Below are positions 10,814-23,369 of a DNA stretch of 64,000 nucleotides, one piece after another. Under the pieces are notes generated by a model. That model was not told the origin of the DNA, made no database searches, and saw only the letters and a program-made list of their open reading frames with translations. The position numbers and the translations under genes were made by a program. This stretch comes from an uncultured Chloroflexia bacterium (GTDB lineage: Bacteria > Chloroflexota > Limnocylindria > Limnocylindrales > CSP1-4), in assembly GCA_963833285.1 (NCBI GenBank), contig CAWHXM010000005.1, positions 579,093 to 643,092 on the forward strand. Direction: 5' to 3'. How positions within the stretch are numbered: position 1 is the stretch's first letter; the number at the start of each line of letters is the position of its first letter.

Positions 10814-12889
10814 ATGACCCTCGCCACCGATCTCGACCAGCTCGCCATCGATACCATCCGGACGCTCTCCATCGATGGCGTCCAGAAGGCGAACTCGGGC
10901 CACCCGGGCGCACCGATGGGCGCGGCGCCGATGGCGTACGTCCTGTGGACTCGCTTCCTCCGCCACTCGCCCAGCCATCCGGACTGGCCCGATCGCGACC
11001 GCTTCGTGCTCAGTGCCGGTCACGCGAGCATGCTCCTGTACTCGCTGCTGCACCTGACCGGCTACGGCGTCTCGCTGGCGGACCTCGAGTCGTTCCGGCA
11101 GTGGGGCAGCATCACCCCCGGGCACCCCGAGCATGGCCTCACGCCGGGCGTCGAGGCGACGACCGGGCCACTCGGTCAGGGGTTCGCGAACGCCGTCGGG
11201 ATGGCCATCGCCGAGCGCCGACTGGCGGCTGAGTTCAACCGCGCCGGCCACACCCTGATCGACCACCGGACGTTCGTCATCGCATCCGATGGCGACCTGC
11301 AGGAAGGGATCGCATCGGAAGCGGCGAGCCTGGCCGGCCACCTGCGACTGGGCAAGCTCGTCGTCCTCTACGACGACAACCACATCCAGCTCGACGGCCC
11401 GACCGCGATGGCCTGGTCCGAAGATGTCCCGATGCGGTTCGATGCCTATGGGTGGCAGACCCAGCGGATCGCCGACGGGAACGACCTCGCGGCGATCGAG
11501 ACTGCGATCGTCGACGCCATCGCCGACGACCGTCCGAGCCTCATCGCGGTCCGGACGCACATCGGCTTCGGCAGCCCGAACAGGCACGACAGCCAGAAGG
11601 CACACGGCGCGCCGCTCGGTCCGGAGGAGGTCCGCCTGACCAAGGAGGCCTACGGTTGGGATCCGGATCGCATGTTCTACGTCCCGGACGAAGCCGCGGC
11701 GCTGTTCCGAGCGGCGATCCCGGCCGGTGATGCGCTCGTCGCCGATTGGGACGCCCGGTTCTACGCCTTTCGCGACACCGACGCGGGGGCGGCGGCCGAG
11801 CTCCGCCGGCGCGTCGTCGGGACGGGCCTGCCCGAGGACTGGGATCGCGACCTCAAGCAGTACGAGACCGGCACGGAGGTCGCCACCCGCAACGCCAGCC
11901 AGGACGCGATCGCGGCCCTCGCGCCGCGCCTCCCCGAGCTGTTCGGCGGGGCCGCCGACCTGTCCGAATCCAACCTCACCGATGTCAAGGGCGAGCCGAA
12001 CTTCAGCGCCACCGAGGCCGGGCGGAACCTGCGGTTCGGTGTCCGCGAGCACGCCATGGGCGGCGCCTCGAACGGGATCGCGCTGCACGGCGGGTTCATC
12101 CCGTACTGCGCCACGTTCCTGACCTTCAGCGACTACATGCGCGGTTCCGTCCGGTTGGCGGCCCTGACCGGTCTCCATGTCGTCTATGTCTGGACCCACG
12201 ATTCGGTCGGCCTCGGCGAGGACGGCCCCACCCACCAGCCGGTCGAGCACTACGCCGCCCTGCGCGCCATCCCGAACCTGTGGTTCGTGCGACCGGGCGA
12301 TGCCAACGAGACCGGCGCCGCCTGGGCTTGCGCGATCGAGCGAACCGACGGGCCGGTCGCGCTGGCGCTGACCCGACAGAAGCTGCCGACGCTGCCGGGC
12401 ACCGACCGTCTCGCCCGCGAGGGCGTCGCACGCGGCGGCTACATCCTGCGCGAGGCGTCCGGCGGGAGTCCGGGACTGATCATGATCGGGACCGGCTCGG
12501 AGCTCCAGCTCGCGTTCGCCGCGGCCGAGACGCTCGAGGCCGAGGGCATCCCGACGCGTGTCGTGTCGCTCCCCTGCTGGGAGCTGTTCGACGCCCAGGC
12601 CCAGGCCTATCGGGACGAGGTCCTGCCCCCCGGCGTGAGGGCGCGCGTGAGCGTCGAAGTCGGGGTGTCGCTCGGCTGGGAGCGCTGGGTCGGCGACGAC
12701 GGGGCGATCGTCGGGCTCGACCATTTCGGCGCGTCGGCGCCGGCCGGCATCATCTTCGGGCACTTCGGCTTCACCGCGGAGCGCGTGACAGACGTCGCGC
12801 GGCGCGTCGTGCGCGAGGGCCTGCGCGGCCGCATCCCGACGCTCGACGGCGGCCATTTCGGCCATCATCCGACGCCCGCGAGCGGGTAG
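10814..12889 (+). CDS. tkt: Transketolase
   Basis: [44 protein letters not shown]. Confidence 0.98.
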   Translation: MTLATDLDQLAIDTIRTLSIDGVQKANSGHPGAPMGAAPMAYVLWTRFLRHSPSHPDWPDRDRFVLSAGHASMLLYSLLHLTGYGVSLADLESFRQWGSITPGHPEHGLTPGVEATTGPLGQGFANAVGMAIAERRLAAEFNRAGHTLIDHRTFVIASDGDLQEGIASEAASLAGHLRLGKLVVLYDDNHIQLDGPTAMAWSEDVPMRFDAYGWQTQRIADGNDLAAIETAIVDAIADDRPSLIAVRTHIGFGSPNRHDSQKAHGAPLGPEEVRLTKEAYGWDPDRMFYVPDEAAALFRAAIPAGDALVADWDARFYAFRDTDAGAAAELRRRVVGTGLPEDWDRDLKQYETGTEVATRNASQDAIAALAPRLPELFGGAADLSESNLTDVKGEPNFSATEAGRNLRFGVREHAMGGASNGIALHGGFIPYCATFLTFSDYMRGSVRLAALTGLHVVYVWTHDSVGLGEDGPTHQPVEHYAALRAIPNLWFVRPGDANETGAAWACAIERTDGPVALALTRQKLPTLPGTDRLAREGVARGGYILREASGGSPGLIMIGTGSELQLAFAAAETLEAEGIPTRVVSLPCWELFDAQAQAYRDEVLPPGVRARVSVEVGVSLGWERWVGDDGAIVGLDHFGASAPAGIIFGHFGFTAERVTDVARRVVREGLRGRIPTLDGGHFGHHPTPASG

Positions 12890-13022
12890 CCGGGCGTGTC
12901 ACGGACCAGAGGAGCCGACGCCCGCTACTCATGATCGCGCGCGTTCTCATGTTCTTCGAATGTTGACGGCGCAGGAATCGGCCTGGGCGTCCGATCCCTG
13001 CAGGCCAACGAGTGAGAGAACG

Positions 13023-14183
13023 ATGAGCCGTCGAGACCGGTACCGCTCGCAACGCGCCGCCTCCATCCGGGACCACGCCGGCCGGCCGCGTGGCGGACGA
13101 GCGAGCCAGGAGACGAGCGAGCCCGAGGGCCCCGACCCCGCCACGCTCCTCCATCGCATGACCCTGGCGATGCTGCCCCTGCGGATCTTCCTCGGGGTGA
13201 CCTTCATCTACGCGGGCGTCGACAAGCTCATCGACCCATCGTTCCTCCGTGCCGCCGGGCCGGGCTCCATCGGCTCGCAGCTCGCGGAATTCGTCAAGGT
13301 TTCGCCGATCGCACCGCTCGTCGTCGTCGTCGGGCAGACCTTCCCGGTCGAGATCGGCTTCCTCATCGCGATCGCCGAGATCGCGGTCGGCCTCGGCGCG
13401 TTGACCGGCCTGCTCTTCCGGCCGGCCGCGGTCGGCGGGTTCGCCCTCTCGATGCTCTTCTGGTTGACCGCATCGTGGGCCACGACGCCCTATTACTACG
13501 GCCCGGATCTGCCGTATGCATTCGGCTGGCTGACGCTCGCCCTGGCCGGGACCGGCGGCCTGTTCACGGTGGAGCGGTGGTTCCGCCGCCTCATCGACGC
13601 CACCCTCACGGACGAACCCGTCTCGACAGAGCGACGCGCCGTTCTCGAGGCAGGCGTCCTCGGACTCGCGGCGGTGGCGCTCGCTGCGCTGGCCGGGACG
13701 GTCGGGGCATCGACCTTCGGGCGCTCGAAGACGGCGACCACCGCGTCGTCGCCCGGCACGGCGACCGCGGCCGGCGCGGGACGCGGCTCGCCAACCACAA
13801 CCGTGACGCCGGCCGCGCCAGGCGGGACGGCCGCGGCGGTGGGTACGGCGACGCCAGCCGGGTCGTCCGGCACGCTCATCGGTCGTGTGAGCCAGCTCGC
13901 ATCCGGCCGTGCGGTCACGTTCGACGACCCGGGGACCGGGGATCCCGGTGTGCTGCTCAAGCTCGCCGACGGGTCCTTCGTCGCGTTCGACGCCGTCTGC
14001 ACCCACGCCGGGTGCACGGTGGAGTACGACCGTGGCTCGGCGTTCCTCCTGTGCCCATGCCACGGAGCAGCCTTCGACCCGGCGCACGAGGCGGAGGTGG
14101 TCGCCGGACCCGCGCGTCGACCGTTGGCGAGCATCCCGATCCACGTCGACAGCGCGAGCGGACGCATCACCCTCACCGGCTGA
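13023..14183 (+). CDS. DoxD/DoxX (TQO small subunit-like) membrane domain fused to a Rieske [2Fe-2S] domain
   Basis: [19 protein letters not shown] (DoxX-type), internal ERRAVL, Rieske ligand motifs CTHAGC and CPCHGA. Confidence 0.85.
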   Translation: MSRRDRYRSQRAASIRDHAGRPRGGRASQETSEPEGPDPATLLHRMTLAMLPLRIFLGVTFIYAGVDKLIDPSFLRAAGPGSIGSQLAEFVKVSPIAPLVVVVGQTFPVEIGFLIAIAEIAVGLGALTGLLFRPAAVGGFALSMLFWLTASWATTPYYYGPDLPYAFGWLTLALAGTGGLFTVERWFRRLIDATLTDEPVSTERRAVLEAGVLGLAAVALAALAGTVGASTFGRSKTATTASSPGTATAAGAGRGSPTTTVTPAAPGGTAAAVGTATPAGSSGTLIGRVSQLASGRAVTFDDPGTGDPGVLLKLADGSFVAFDAVCTHAGCTVEYDRGSAFLLCPCHGAAFDPAHEAEVVAGPARRPLASIPIHVDSASGRITLTG

Positions 14184-14205
14184 CCACGGGCCGTATCCTT
14201 GGGCC

Positions 14206-14670
14206 ATGCGCATCGCCTTCTCCGCCGATCACGCCGGGGCAGCCCTCAAGGACGAGCTGATACGGCGCCTCGCGATGGCGGACCTCCGCCACGACCTGAT
14301 CGACCTCGGCGGCGACGGCTCGGATCCAAACGACGACTACCCGGACTTCGCGCGTCGCCTTGGCGAGGCCATCGCCGGCGGACAGGCCGAGCGCGGGATC
14401 CTCATCTGCGGGTCGGGCGTCGGGGCGTCCGTGGCGGCGAACAAGATGCGCGGCATCCGCTCGGCCGTGTGCCATGACACCTATTCGGCCCACCAGGGCG
14501 TCGAGCACGACGACATGAACGTCCTAACCCTCGGCGCGCGGGTCATCGGACCCGAACCGGCCTACGAGTGCGCGCTGGCATTCCTCGCCGCGGAGTTCAG
14601 CGGCGAGCCGCGCCACCAGCGACGGCTCGACAAGGTCCTCGCCTTGGAAGCCGCGCTGGAGCCCCGCTGA
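14206..14670 (+). CDS. rpiB: Ribose-5-phosphate isomerase B
   Basis: ADHAG, DDYPDFA, ICGSGVG, HDDMNVL. Confidence 0.95.
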   Translation: MRIAFSADHAGAALKDELIRRLAMADLRHDLIDLGGDGSDPNDDYPDFARRLGEAIAGGQAERGILICGSGVGASVAANKMRGIRSAVCHDTYSAHQGVEHDDMNVLTLGARVIGPEPAYECALAFLAAEFSGEPRHQRRLDKVLALEAALEPR

Positions 14671-14837
14671 CGGACCGTCGGGCCTGCCTGGTGCGGCGCG
14701 CTCCGCCTGCCCAGATGGAGGCTTGACAGGCCGAGCTGACCACCTCGACACTGCGTCCCTGCCGGGCCGCAGAAGGTCCTAGTACCTTCGGCTCGAGGGT
14801 CGATCCTTGACGGGGCGAGGGGAAGGAAACGCATTCG

Positions 14838-16802
14838 ATGAGGGCGCTGGATCGGTTGCCGCCCCGACGCGAACCCCACGCCGCCCGTGTGATCCTCTCG
14901 CTCATCGTGACGACCCTTCTTGGAATCGCACTCGCAACCGGGTTGCCATCCACGGTTTCGGCAGGCCCGCCGCCGGCGTCATGCCCAAGCTTCGGCGGGT
15001 GTGTGGTCGTGAACCCGACGCACGGGCGCGCAGCCGACAAGTTCACTGCCCAGTATTGGGTCGTCCCGGACGGGCCATGTTCCAACTTCAACTACAGCAC
15101 AGTCCAGATCAGCTGGGACGGGAATCTGGTCGCCACGATCAAGCTGGACCGTGTCGATTGCTACGCCTCCTACACGTTCCCGACGGCGCCGAAGCCCGTT
15201 GTGGGCATGCACACGGCCTCAGGCGTAGCCTGCTCTGTCGATGCGACTGGCGGGAACTTCTGCGACACGGCCTCTACGTATGCCGAACAGCCCTACACGG
15301 TCGACCCGACGCCGACGATGAAGCTGTCGCCGACGAAGGGTTTCGCGACCGCGGCGTTCACCGCCACCTACAAGACGGGCCAGGACCCGAGCCTGTGCGC
15401 GACGCCGCAGGCGGCTCAGTTCTACTGGGGGACGACACCTATCGGCGGTCCGGTCCCGGTCGATACGACCTGCACCGCTGTCAAGCAGTTTGATTCGGCA
15501 CCGTCCAATGGTGTTGGCTCGCACGCGCTCATGGCCCAGATCTGCAGTCGCGCCGGCTGCTCCCTGTCGGCCTCGGGGGAATTCACGGTCCTGGCTCCGC
15601 CGACCCCGACCCCGACAGCCAAGCCGACAGCCACACCGACTCCGACCCCGACGGCTTCACCCTCCCCGTCGCCGTCGCAGGAAGTGCGGGAGGCAACGAG
15701 CCCGCCCCGGTCAAGCCCGACGCCGGTCGCGGCCGTGGTCGTCACCCCGAGCAGTCCTCCGGGTGGGACCAACCCGTACGTCCCGGCGATCGTGAGCTAC
15801 GTCGGCGGTCCCGATCGCGGCTCGATCGACCCGGCGGTGGTGGCGACGAACGTGTTCCTGACCCTGCTCGTCCTGTTCCTGTTCGGGCTGACGGCGGAGA
15901 TCTTCAACAGCACGATGGACGCCAATCGCGATGAGGTCCACGGCTGGTGGACGCGGGTCTTCCGCGGACCGCTCGCGCTGCTGGAGGCGCTCAACGTCAC
16001 GGGCACCTCGCTCGGGCACCTGTCCGGAACCGGGCGGATCGGCAGCGCCGCGCGCGTCCTGCTCGTGCTCAGCCTGCTCGGCATCATCTACGGCTTCCTG
16101 AGCCCCGATTTCGGTTGGAACCCGCAGAGCCTGGTCCTCATCGTGTCGCTCATCGTCGGTCTCGGGTTCCTGACCCTCTTCTCGGAGGGGTCGGCCACCC
16201 GGCTGGCGACCTCGCGCTACCGAGCGGACGCCTCGATCAAGCTGTATGGCACGGCGATCATCGTGGCGATCCTGGCGGTCATCGTCTCGCGCCTGGTCGA
16301 CTTCTCGCCGGGCCTGGTCTACGGCTTCATCGCCTCGGCTGTGATCGTGGCCCCGGTCGCGCTGGCGAAGCGGGATGACGCGACGCTCGTGCTCGTGCCC
16401 GCATTCGGCGTCCTGGTCGTGAGCCTGCTGGCCTGGCTCCTGCTCGGTCCGGTCCGCGCCGCGGCCGCCGGCGGTGCGCCGCTGCCGGCCCTCGCCGAAT
16501 CGATCCTGGCGATGATCGTGATCGGCGGTCTCGAGGGCCTGTTCATCACGATGATCCCGCTGACGTTCCTCGATGGCGCGACGGTCAAGAACTGGAGCCG
16601 GCTCGGCTGGGCGCTCGTCTTCGGCGTGGTGACGTTCCTGTGGTGGCAGCTCCTGCTCAACCAGGATGCGTCGTACGTCAGCGCCTTCGAACAGACGAAC
16701 GTTCGGGTCGTCCTGGCCACGCTCGGCGTGTTCATGCTGACGACCGGCGGCCTGTGGTCGTACTTCCGGTTCCGCCCGAGGCCGGCCGAAGCCGAGGCCT
16801 GA
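14838..16802 (+). CDS. Exported Cys-rich domains + Pro/Thr linker + multi-TM C-terminal domain (FGLLP-motif-like membrane protein)
   Basis: Signal peptide, paired cysteines, a PTPTP linker, and about 8-9 TM with PGLVYGF and MIPLTFLDG. Confidence 0.7.
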   Translation: MRALDRLPPRREPHAARVILSLIVTTLLGIALATGLPSTVSAGPPPASCPSFGGCVVVNPTHGRAADKFTAQYWVVPDGPCSNFNYSTVQISWDGNLVATIKLDRVDCYASYTFPTAPKPVVGMHTASGVACSVDATGGNFCDTASTYAEQPYTVDPTPTMKLSPTKGFATAAFTATYKTGQDPSLCATPQAAQFYWGTTPIGGPVPVDTTCTAVKQFDSAPSNGVGSHALMAQICSRAGCSLSASGEFTVLAPPTPTPTAKPTATPTPTPTASPSPSPSQEVREATSPPRSSPTPVAAVVVTPSSPPGGTNPYVPAIVSYVGGPDRGSIDPAVVATNVFLTLLVLFLFGLTAEIFNSTMDANRDEVHGWWTRVFRGPLALLEALNVTGTSLGHLSGTGRIGSAARVLLVLSLLGIIYGFLSPDFGWNPQSLVLIVSLIVGLGFLTLFSEGSATRLATSRYRADASIKLYGTAIIVAILAVIVSRLVDFSPGLVYGFIASAVIVAPVALAKRDDATLVLVPAFGVLVVSLLAWLLLGPVRAAAAGGAPLPALAESILAMIVIGGLEGLFITMIPLTFLDGATVKNWSRLGWALVFGVVTFLWWQLLLNQDASYVSAFEQTNVRVVLATLGVFMLTTGGLWSYFRFRPRPAEAEA

Positions 16803-16877
16803 ACCGGGCGCCAGCGACCTCGGGCGGCTACCATCGGGCGGCGTACCATGGACGACCCAACCTCGCCGGAGGCCACG

Positions 16878-18665
16878 ATGCCCGATCCCGCCTCGACCGC
16901 ACTGACCGCTCCCCGCTTCGCCCTCGGCGAGGGCACCGCCGACTACGAGGCGGCCGTGGAGCTGGCACGGACGGACGAGTGGGTGAACCGGTTGTTCGCA
17001 CGCGACGTGCGGCTGTGGTCGAGCGACCCGCGGGTCGGCGAGGCGATCGCCCAGCGGCTCGGCTGGCTCGACGCACCGGCCCATTTCGCCGAGCGGATCG
17101 CCGGCCTCGAGGGCTTCGGGGACGCGGTCGTCGACGAGGGGTATGAGACGGTCGTGGTCGCCGGGATGGGCGGCAGCAGCCTCGCGCCCGACGTCCTCGG
17201 GCGGACATTCGGCACGCTCGAGGGCTACCTGGCGCTGCGCATCCTGGACTCGACCGATCCGGCCTACGTGTCGGCGACGCTGGACGACCTCGATCCGCTG
17301 CGGACGCTCGTCATCATCGCCTCGAAGTCGGGCACGACGACCGAGCCCAACGCGTTCCTCGCCTACGCCTGGGCCCGCGCCGAGACGGCGCTCGAACGGG
17401 TCCCACATCACCGCTACGAGGGGCCCGGCGCCTACTTCGCGGCGATCACCGACCCGGGCCGCAGCGCCGAGGCCATCGCCCACCACGACGACTTCCGCGA
17501 GGTGTTCATCAACCCGCCCGACATCGGCGGGCGGTATTCCGCGCTGACGTACGTCGGCCTCGTCCCCGCCTCGCTGATCGGCATCGACCTCGACGCCCTG
17601 CTCGCGTCGGCGTCGTCGATGCTGGGCGCCTGCCGGGAACCCGATCCCGGGCTCAACCCGGGGGTCTCGCTCGGCCTCGCGATAGGGACCCTGGCGAAGG
17701 CCGGCCGCGACAAGCTGACGTTCCTCGCCGACGACGACATCGCTGCCTTCGGGGCGTGGGTCGAGCAGCTCATCGCCGAGAGCACGGGCAAGCACGGCGT
17801 CGGCATCGTGCCGGTGGACCTCGAGCCGATCGGGGCGGTGGAGTCGTACGGCGCGGACCGCGCGTTCGTCCGGATCTCGCTGGCCGGGACGCCCGGCGGG
17901 GCGCGGGCGACGCTCGCGACGGCGCTCGAGGAGGCCGGCCACCCGGTCATCCGGATCGAGATCGCCGACCCGATCGACCTCGGCGCCGAATTCATCCGCT
18001 GGGAGATCGCCACCGCGATCGCCGGCGCGGTCCTCGGCATCGACCCGTTCGACCAGCCGAATGTCGAGGAGGCCAAGCAGCTGACTCGCGACGTCCTCGA
18101 ATCGGTCGGCAAGGGCCGCCATGGGTCGGACGCGGGCATGCCGGTCGCCGAGCCCATCGCGAGCGGCGACGGCCTCACGCTCCACGGCGACGCCGCACTC
18201 CGCCTGACCACCGGCGACGGAGACGTGGTCGGCGAGCTGGCGCGCCACCTCGCCCGGCGCCGCCCCAACTCCTATCTCTGCCTCCAGGGGTTCATCGCCC
18301 CGACACCGCCGCGCGACGAGGCCTTCGCCCGGATCCGGACGCTGCTGCGCGACCGGACGCGGCGCGCGACCACGGCCGGCTACGGACCTCGCTTCCTCCA
18401 TTCGACCGGCCAGCTCCACAAGGGCGGCGCGCCGATCGGCTGGTTCCTCCAGCTCACGTCCGACCACCCGACCGCCAGCACGATCCCGGACTGGCCGTAC
18501 ACCTTCGGACAGCTCATCGACGCCCAGGCGGCCGGCGACTTCGCCGCCATCGAGTCGCACGACCTGCCGATCCTGCGAGTCCACCTCGGAGCGGATCCGG
18601 ACGCCGGACTGGCCGCCCTCGAGCGGGCCCTGACGGCCGCCCTCGACAGCACCACGGAGGCCTGA
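16878..18665 (+). CDS. pgi: Glucose-6-phosphate isomerase-like SIS protein (homologous to the PGI half of Tal/Pgi fusions)
   Basis: GMGGSSL, SKSGTT, IGGRYSAL, EQLIAESTGK, PFDQPNVEEAK, GPRFLHSTGQLHKGG. Confidence 0.85.
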   Translation: MPDPASTALTAPRFALGEGTADYEAAVELARTDEWVNRLFARDVRLWSSDPRVGEAIAQRLGWLDAPAHFAERIAGLEGFGDAVVDEGYETVVVAGMGGSSLAPDVLGRTFGTLEGYLALRILDSTDPAYVSATLDDLDPLRTLVIIASKSGTTTEPNAFLAYAWARAETALERVPHHRYEGPGAYFAAITDPGRSAEAIAHHDDFREVFINPPDIGGRYSALTYVGLVPASLIGIDLDALLASASSMLGACREPDPGLNPGVSLGLAIGTLAKAGRDKLTFLADDDIAAFGAWVEQLIAESTGKHGVGIVPVDLEPIGAVESYGADRAFVRISLAGTPGGARATLATALEEAGHPVIRIEIADPIDLGAEFIRWEIATAIAGAVLGIDPFDQPNVEEAKQLTRDVLESVGKGRHGSDAGMPVAEPIASGDGLTLHGDAALRLTTGDGDVVGELARHLARRRPNSYLCLQGFIAPTPPRDEAFARIRTLLRDRTRRATTAGYGPRFLHSTGQLHKGGAPIGWFLQLTSDHPTASTIPDWPYTFGQLIDAQAAGDFAAIESHDLPILRVHLGADPDAGLAALERALTAALDSTTEA

Positions 18666-18670
18666 CCGCC

Positions 18671-19570
18671 ATGCGCATCGGGTTCATCGGGCTCGGCCGG
18701 ATGGGGGCCAACATGGTCCGGCGGCTCGTTCGCGACGGCCACGACATCGTCATCTACAACCGGACGCCGGAGAAGACGAAGGAGATCGCGGCCGAGGGCG
18801 CCACCGCGTCGTTCTCGATCGCGGACCTGGTATCGGCGCTCGAGAAGCCGCGTGCCGTGTGGGTCATGGTCCCGGCCGGCGACGCCACCGAGGTGCAGAT
18901 CGACGAGCTCCTCGAGCATCTCGAGCCGGGCGACACGATCATCGACGGCGGCAACACGAACTTCCACGACGACGTCCGCCGCCATGCGGCGCTCAAGGCG
19001 AAGGGCATCGGCTACGTCGACGCCGGGACCTCGGGCGGGATCTGGGGTCTCCAGGTCGGCTACTGCCTGATGGTCGGCGGCGAGCCGGAGGTCGTCGGAC
19101 CGCTGGTGCCGATCTTCACCTCGCTCGCCCCCGAGGGCGGTTACCTCCACGTCGGCGGGCCAGGCGCGGGGCACTACGTGAAGATGGTCCACAACGGGAT
19201 CGAATACGGCCTCATGCAGGCGTACGCCGAAGGCTTCGAGATCATGCACGCGAGCGACTACGAGCTCGACCTCGCGGCGATCTCCGAGCTGTGGATGCAG
19301 GGCTCCGTCGTCCGTTCCTGGCTGCTGGAGCTTGCCGGGCGCGCGTTCCGTTCCAACGGCCAGGACCTCGACCACCTCAAGGGCTTCGTGGAGGACTCGG
19401 GCGAGGGTCGCTGGACGGTCCAGGAGGCGATCGATCACAACGTCCCGGTGCCCGTCATCACGCTCTCCCTGCTCACCCGGTTCCGCTCGAGACAGGACGA
19501 TTCGTACGGTGCCAGGGTGCTCGCGGCGCTGCGCAACGAGTTCGGCGGTCACGCCGTCATGACCGAGTAA
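18671..19570 (+). CDS. gnd: 6-phosphogluconate dehydrogenase (short, decarboxylating type)
   Basis: GLGRMGANM, IDGGN, GHYVKMVHNGIEYG, RNEFGGH. Confidence 0.96.
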   Translation: MRIGFIGLGRMGANMVRRLVRDGHDIVIYNRTPEKTKEIAAEGATASFSIADLVSALEKPRAVWVMVPAGDATEVQIDELLEHLEPGDTIIDGGNTNFHDDVRRHAALKAKGIGYVDAGTSGGIWGLQVGYCLMVGGEPEVVGPLVPIFTSLAPEGGYLHVGGPGAGHYVKMVHNGIEYGLMQAYAEGFEIMHASDYELDLAAISELWMQGSVVRSWLLELAGRAFRSNGQDLDHLKGFVEDSGEGRWTVQEAIDHNVPVPVITLSLLTRFRSRQDDSYGARVLAALRNEFGGHAVMTE

Positions 19571-19576
19571 CGACCG

Positions 19577-21283
<1,707 letters not shown>

Positions 21284-21292
21284 GGGGGCGCG

Positions 21293-22531
21293 ATGACGGC
21301 CGAGGCACCGCCCCGGATCGGCGAGCCGATCCTTCGCTGGTCGGGCCGGGCGCACAGCATCGCCGAGATCGAGAGCGAGCTCGCCCGGATCTGGTCCGGC
21401 CACGACCTGACGGCAACGATCGACGGCGAGCCCGGTCGCTACGTGCCGGCGCGGACGAGCGTGATGAATCTCGTCGTCGTCGCCCGGCGACCCGAGTTCG
21501 CCGAGCGGTGCGCTGCCACGATGCAGGCCCTCACCGGGCGGCATCCGTCGCGGACCATCGTCATCCATTCGGCCGATCCCGACGGGCCGTCCTGGTTCGA
21601 TGCGCGGGTCGAGGCGCACTGCATCGTCCCGCGCGAGGACGCCCCGGAGACCTGCGCCGAGACGATCCACGTGACCTGTGGCGGCGAGTCGGGCCTCCAT
21701 CTCTCGGCGATCGCCACGCCGCTCATCGTCCACGACCTGCCGGTCACGGTCTGGTGGCCCGGTGAACCGCCGCTCAAGAGCCGCTCCGCGCGCGATCTCC
21801 TCGAGGGGGCGGATCGCCTCATCGTCGATGGCTCGTCGTGGAGCGGTGACGGCCTCGGCCGCCTCCGCGAGATGGCCCAGCTGGTGGAGACGACGGACCT
21901 CGCGGTGAGCGATTTCGCGCTGGTCCGCCAATCGCGCTGGCGGGAGGCCATCGCCTCGATCTTCGACGACCCGGATTTCCTGCCGTACCTCCGATCGCTG
22001 CGCCGGATCGCGGTGACGTACTCGACCCACGACGAGACCGGCGCGCGCGGGTCGACGAACCTGGTCAAGCCGGTCTATCACGTCGGCTGGCTCGCGTCGC
22101 GGCTGCGGCTGTCCGTCCACAAGCCGCTGGGGCCGGTCAGCGGACCGGCCCGCTGGCACGCGCCGGCGGGAGCCAAGCAGGCGATGAGCCGCGGCATGGC
22201 GGCGACCCTGTCGGACGGCCGCGCCGAGGTCGGGGTCATCGTGCGCCCGGTCGCTTCGTCGACCCCGGCGGGGACGACCCTGAGAGTGGAGCTCCTCGCC
22301 GAGCGTCGCGGTTCGGAGCTGCGCGCCGACGTCACCGCGGAGGCGGAGACCGTCCACGTCCGCGTCTGGCAGGACGGCGTGGAGGCGATGGAGCGACATT
22401 TCCGGGCCCCGCGGAAGACCGAGGTGGAGCTGCTCTCCGAGGCGATCGAGACCGGTCGCCGCGATCCGGTCGCGGTCGGTGCCCTCCGATCGGCCGCCGC
22501 GATCGTCGGCTCGACGGGAAACGGATCGTGA
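21293..22531 (+). CDS. opcA: G6PD assembly/activator protein OpcA
   Basis: Lies between zwf and pgl; HPSRTI, DLPVTVWWPG, DRLIVD. Confidence 0.88.
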   Translation: MTAEAPPRIGEPILRWSGRAHSIAEIESELARIWSGHDLTATIDGEPGRYVPARTSVMNLVVVARRPEFAERCAATMQALTGRHPSRTIVIHSADPDGPSWFDARVEAHCIVPREDAPETCAETIHVTCGGESGLHLSAIATPLIVHDLPVTVWWPGEPPLKSRSARDLLEGADRLIVDGSSWSGDGLGRLREMAQLVETTDLAVSDFALVRQSRWREAIASIFDDPDFLPYLRSLRRIAVTYSTHDETGARGSTNLVKPVYHVGWLASRLRLSVHKPLGPVSGPARWHAPAGAKQAMSRGMAATLSDGRAEVGVIVRPVASSTPAGTTLRVELLAERRGSELRADVTAEAETVHVRVWQDGVEAMERHFRAPRKTEVELLSEAIETGRRDPVAVGALRSAAAIVGSTGNGS

Positions 22532-22567
22532 CCGAGCCGCGGATCGTGACCGAGCCGCGGATCGTGA
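22522..22567 (+). repeat. 18-bp tandem repeat (about 2.5 copies) at the pgl start
   Basis: CGGATCGTGACCGAGCCG x2 plus CGGATCGTGA; encodes VTEPRI-VTEPRI-V. Confidence 0.85.
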
Positions 22568-23349
22568 TCGTCGCCGATCCGGCCGCCGGCGCGGCCATCG
22601 CCGCGGACCGGATCGCGCTCACGCTGGCCGACGCCGTGGCCGCACGCGGCCGCGCGGACTGGGCCACGACCGGCGGCTCCACGCCGGTCGGGGTCTATCG
22701 ACGGCTGGCCGCGCCGCCCCTGAGCGACGCGGTCCCGTGGGCCGATGTCCACGTCTGGTGGGGCGACGATCGTTACGTCCCGCGCGACCACCCGGCGTCG
22801 AACGTCAAGGCCTTCGACGACGTCCTGCTCGGGATCGGTGGCGGCGAGGAGGGCACTGCGGGTGGCGGCTGGCCGGGTGTCCCGCTCCATGTCGATCACG
22901 TCCACCCGTTTCCCACCGGCGAGGCGATCGGCCGGGCGCTCGGGGCCGCCTGGTGTGCGGCCACGCTCGCCGGGACGCTGCAGGCCGCCGCCCTCGACGC
23001 GGTCGATGGGTGGCCGGTCTTCGATCTCCTGTTCCTCGGCGTCGGGCCGGACGGCCACCTGCTGTCGGTGTTCCCCGGCTCGGCTGCCCTCGACTCGGCC
23101 GATCTGGCGCTCGCCGTCCCCGCGCCGACGCACATCGAGCCGCGGATCGAACGCGTGACGCTCAACCCGGCCGTCCTGTCTGTTGCACGCGACGTGCTCG
23201 TGGTGGCGTATGGCGAGGACAAGGCGGCGGCCCTCGCGCAGGTCCTCGGCCCCGAGCACGACCCTCGCCGCTGGCCGGCCCAGCTCGCCAGGCGCCCGGG
23301 CACGACCTGGATCCTCGACGAGGCGGCCGCGTCGTCGCTCTCCCGCTGA
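22528..23349 (+). CDS. pgl: 6-phosphogluconolactonase
   Basis: TGGSTP, WGDDRYVP..HPASN, LGVGPDGH. Confidence 0.93.
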   Translation: MTEPRIVTEPRIVIVADPAAGAAIAADRIALTLADAVAARGRADWATTGGSTPVGVYRRLAAPPLSDAVPWADVHVWWGDDRYVPRDHPASNVKAFDDVLLGIGGGEEGTAGGGWPGVPLHVDHVHPFPTGEAIGRALGAAWCAATLAGTLQAAALDAVDGWPVFDLLFLGVGPDGHLLSVFPGSAALDSADLALAVPAPTHIEPRIERVTLNPAVLSVARDVLVVAYGEDKAAALAQVLGPEHDPRRWPAQLARRPGTTWILDEAAASSLSR

Positions 23350-23369
23350 CACGACGGGACCGCCCGACC

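Noticed and set aside
10589-18584. Long minus-strand ORFs 10589-12868 (759 aa) and 15711-18584 (957 aa)
   Set aside because: Antisense shadows of tkt and the pgi region caused by high GC; no motifs, Arg/Gly/Asp-rich composition.
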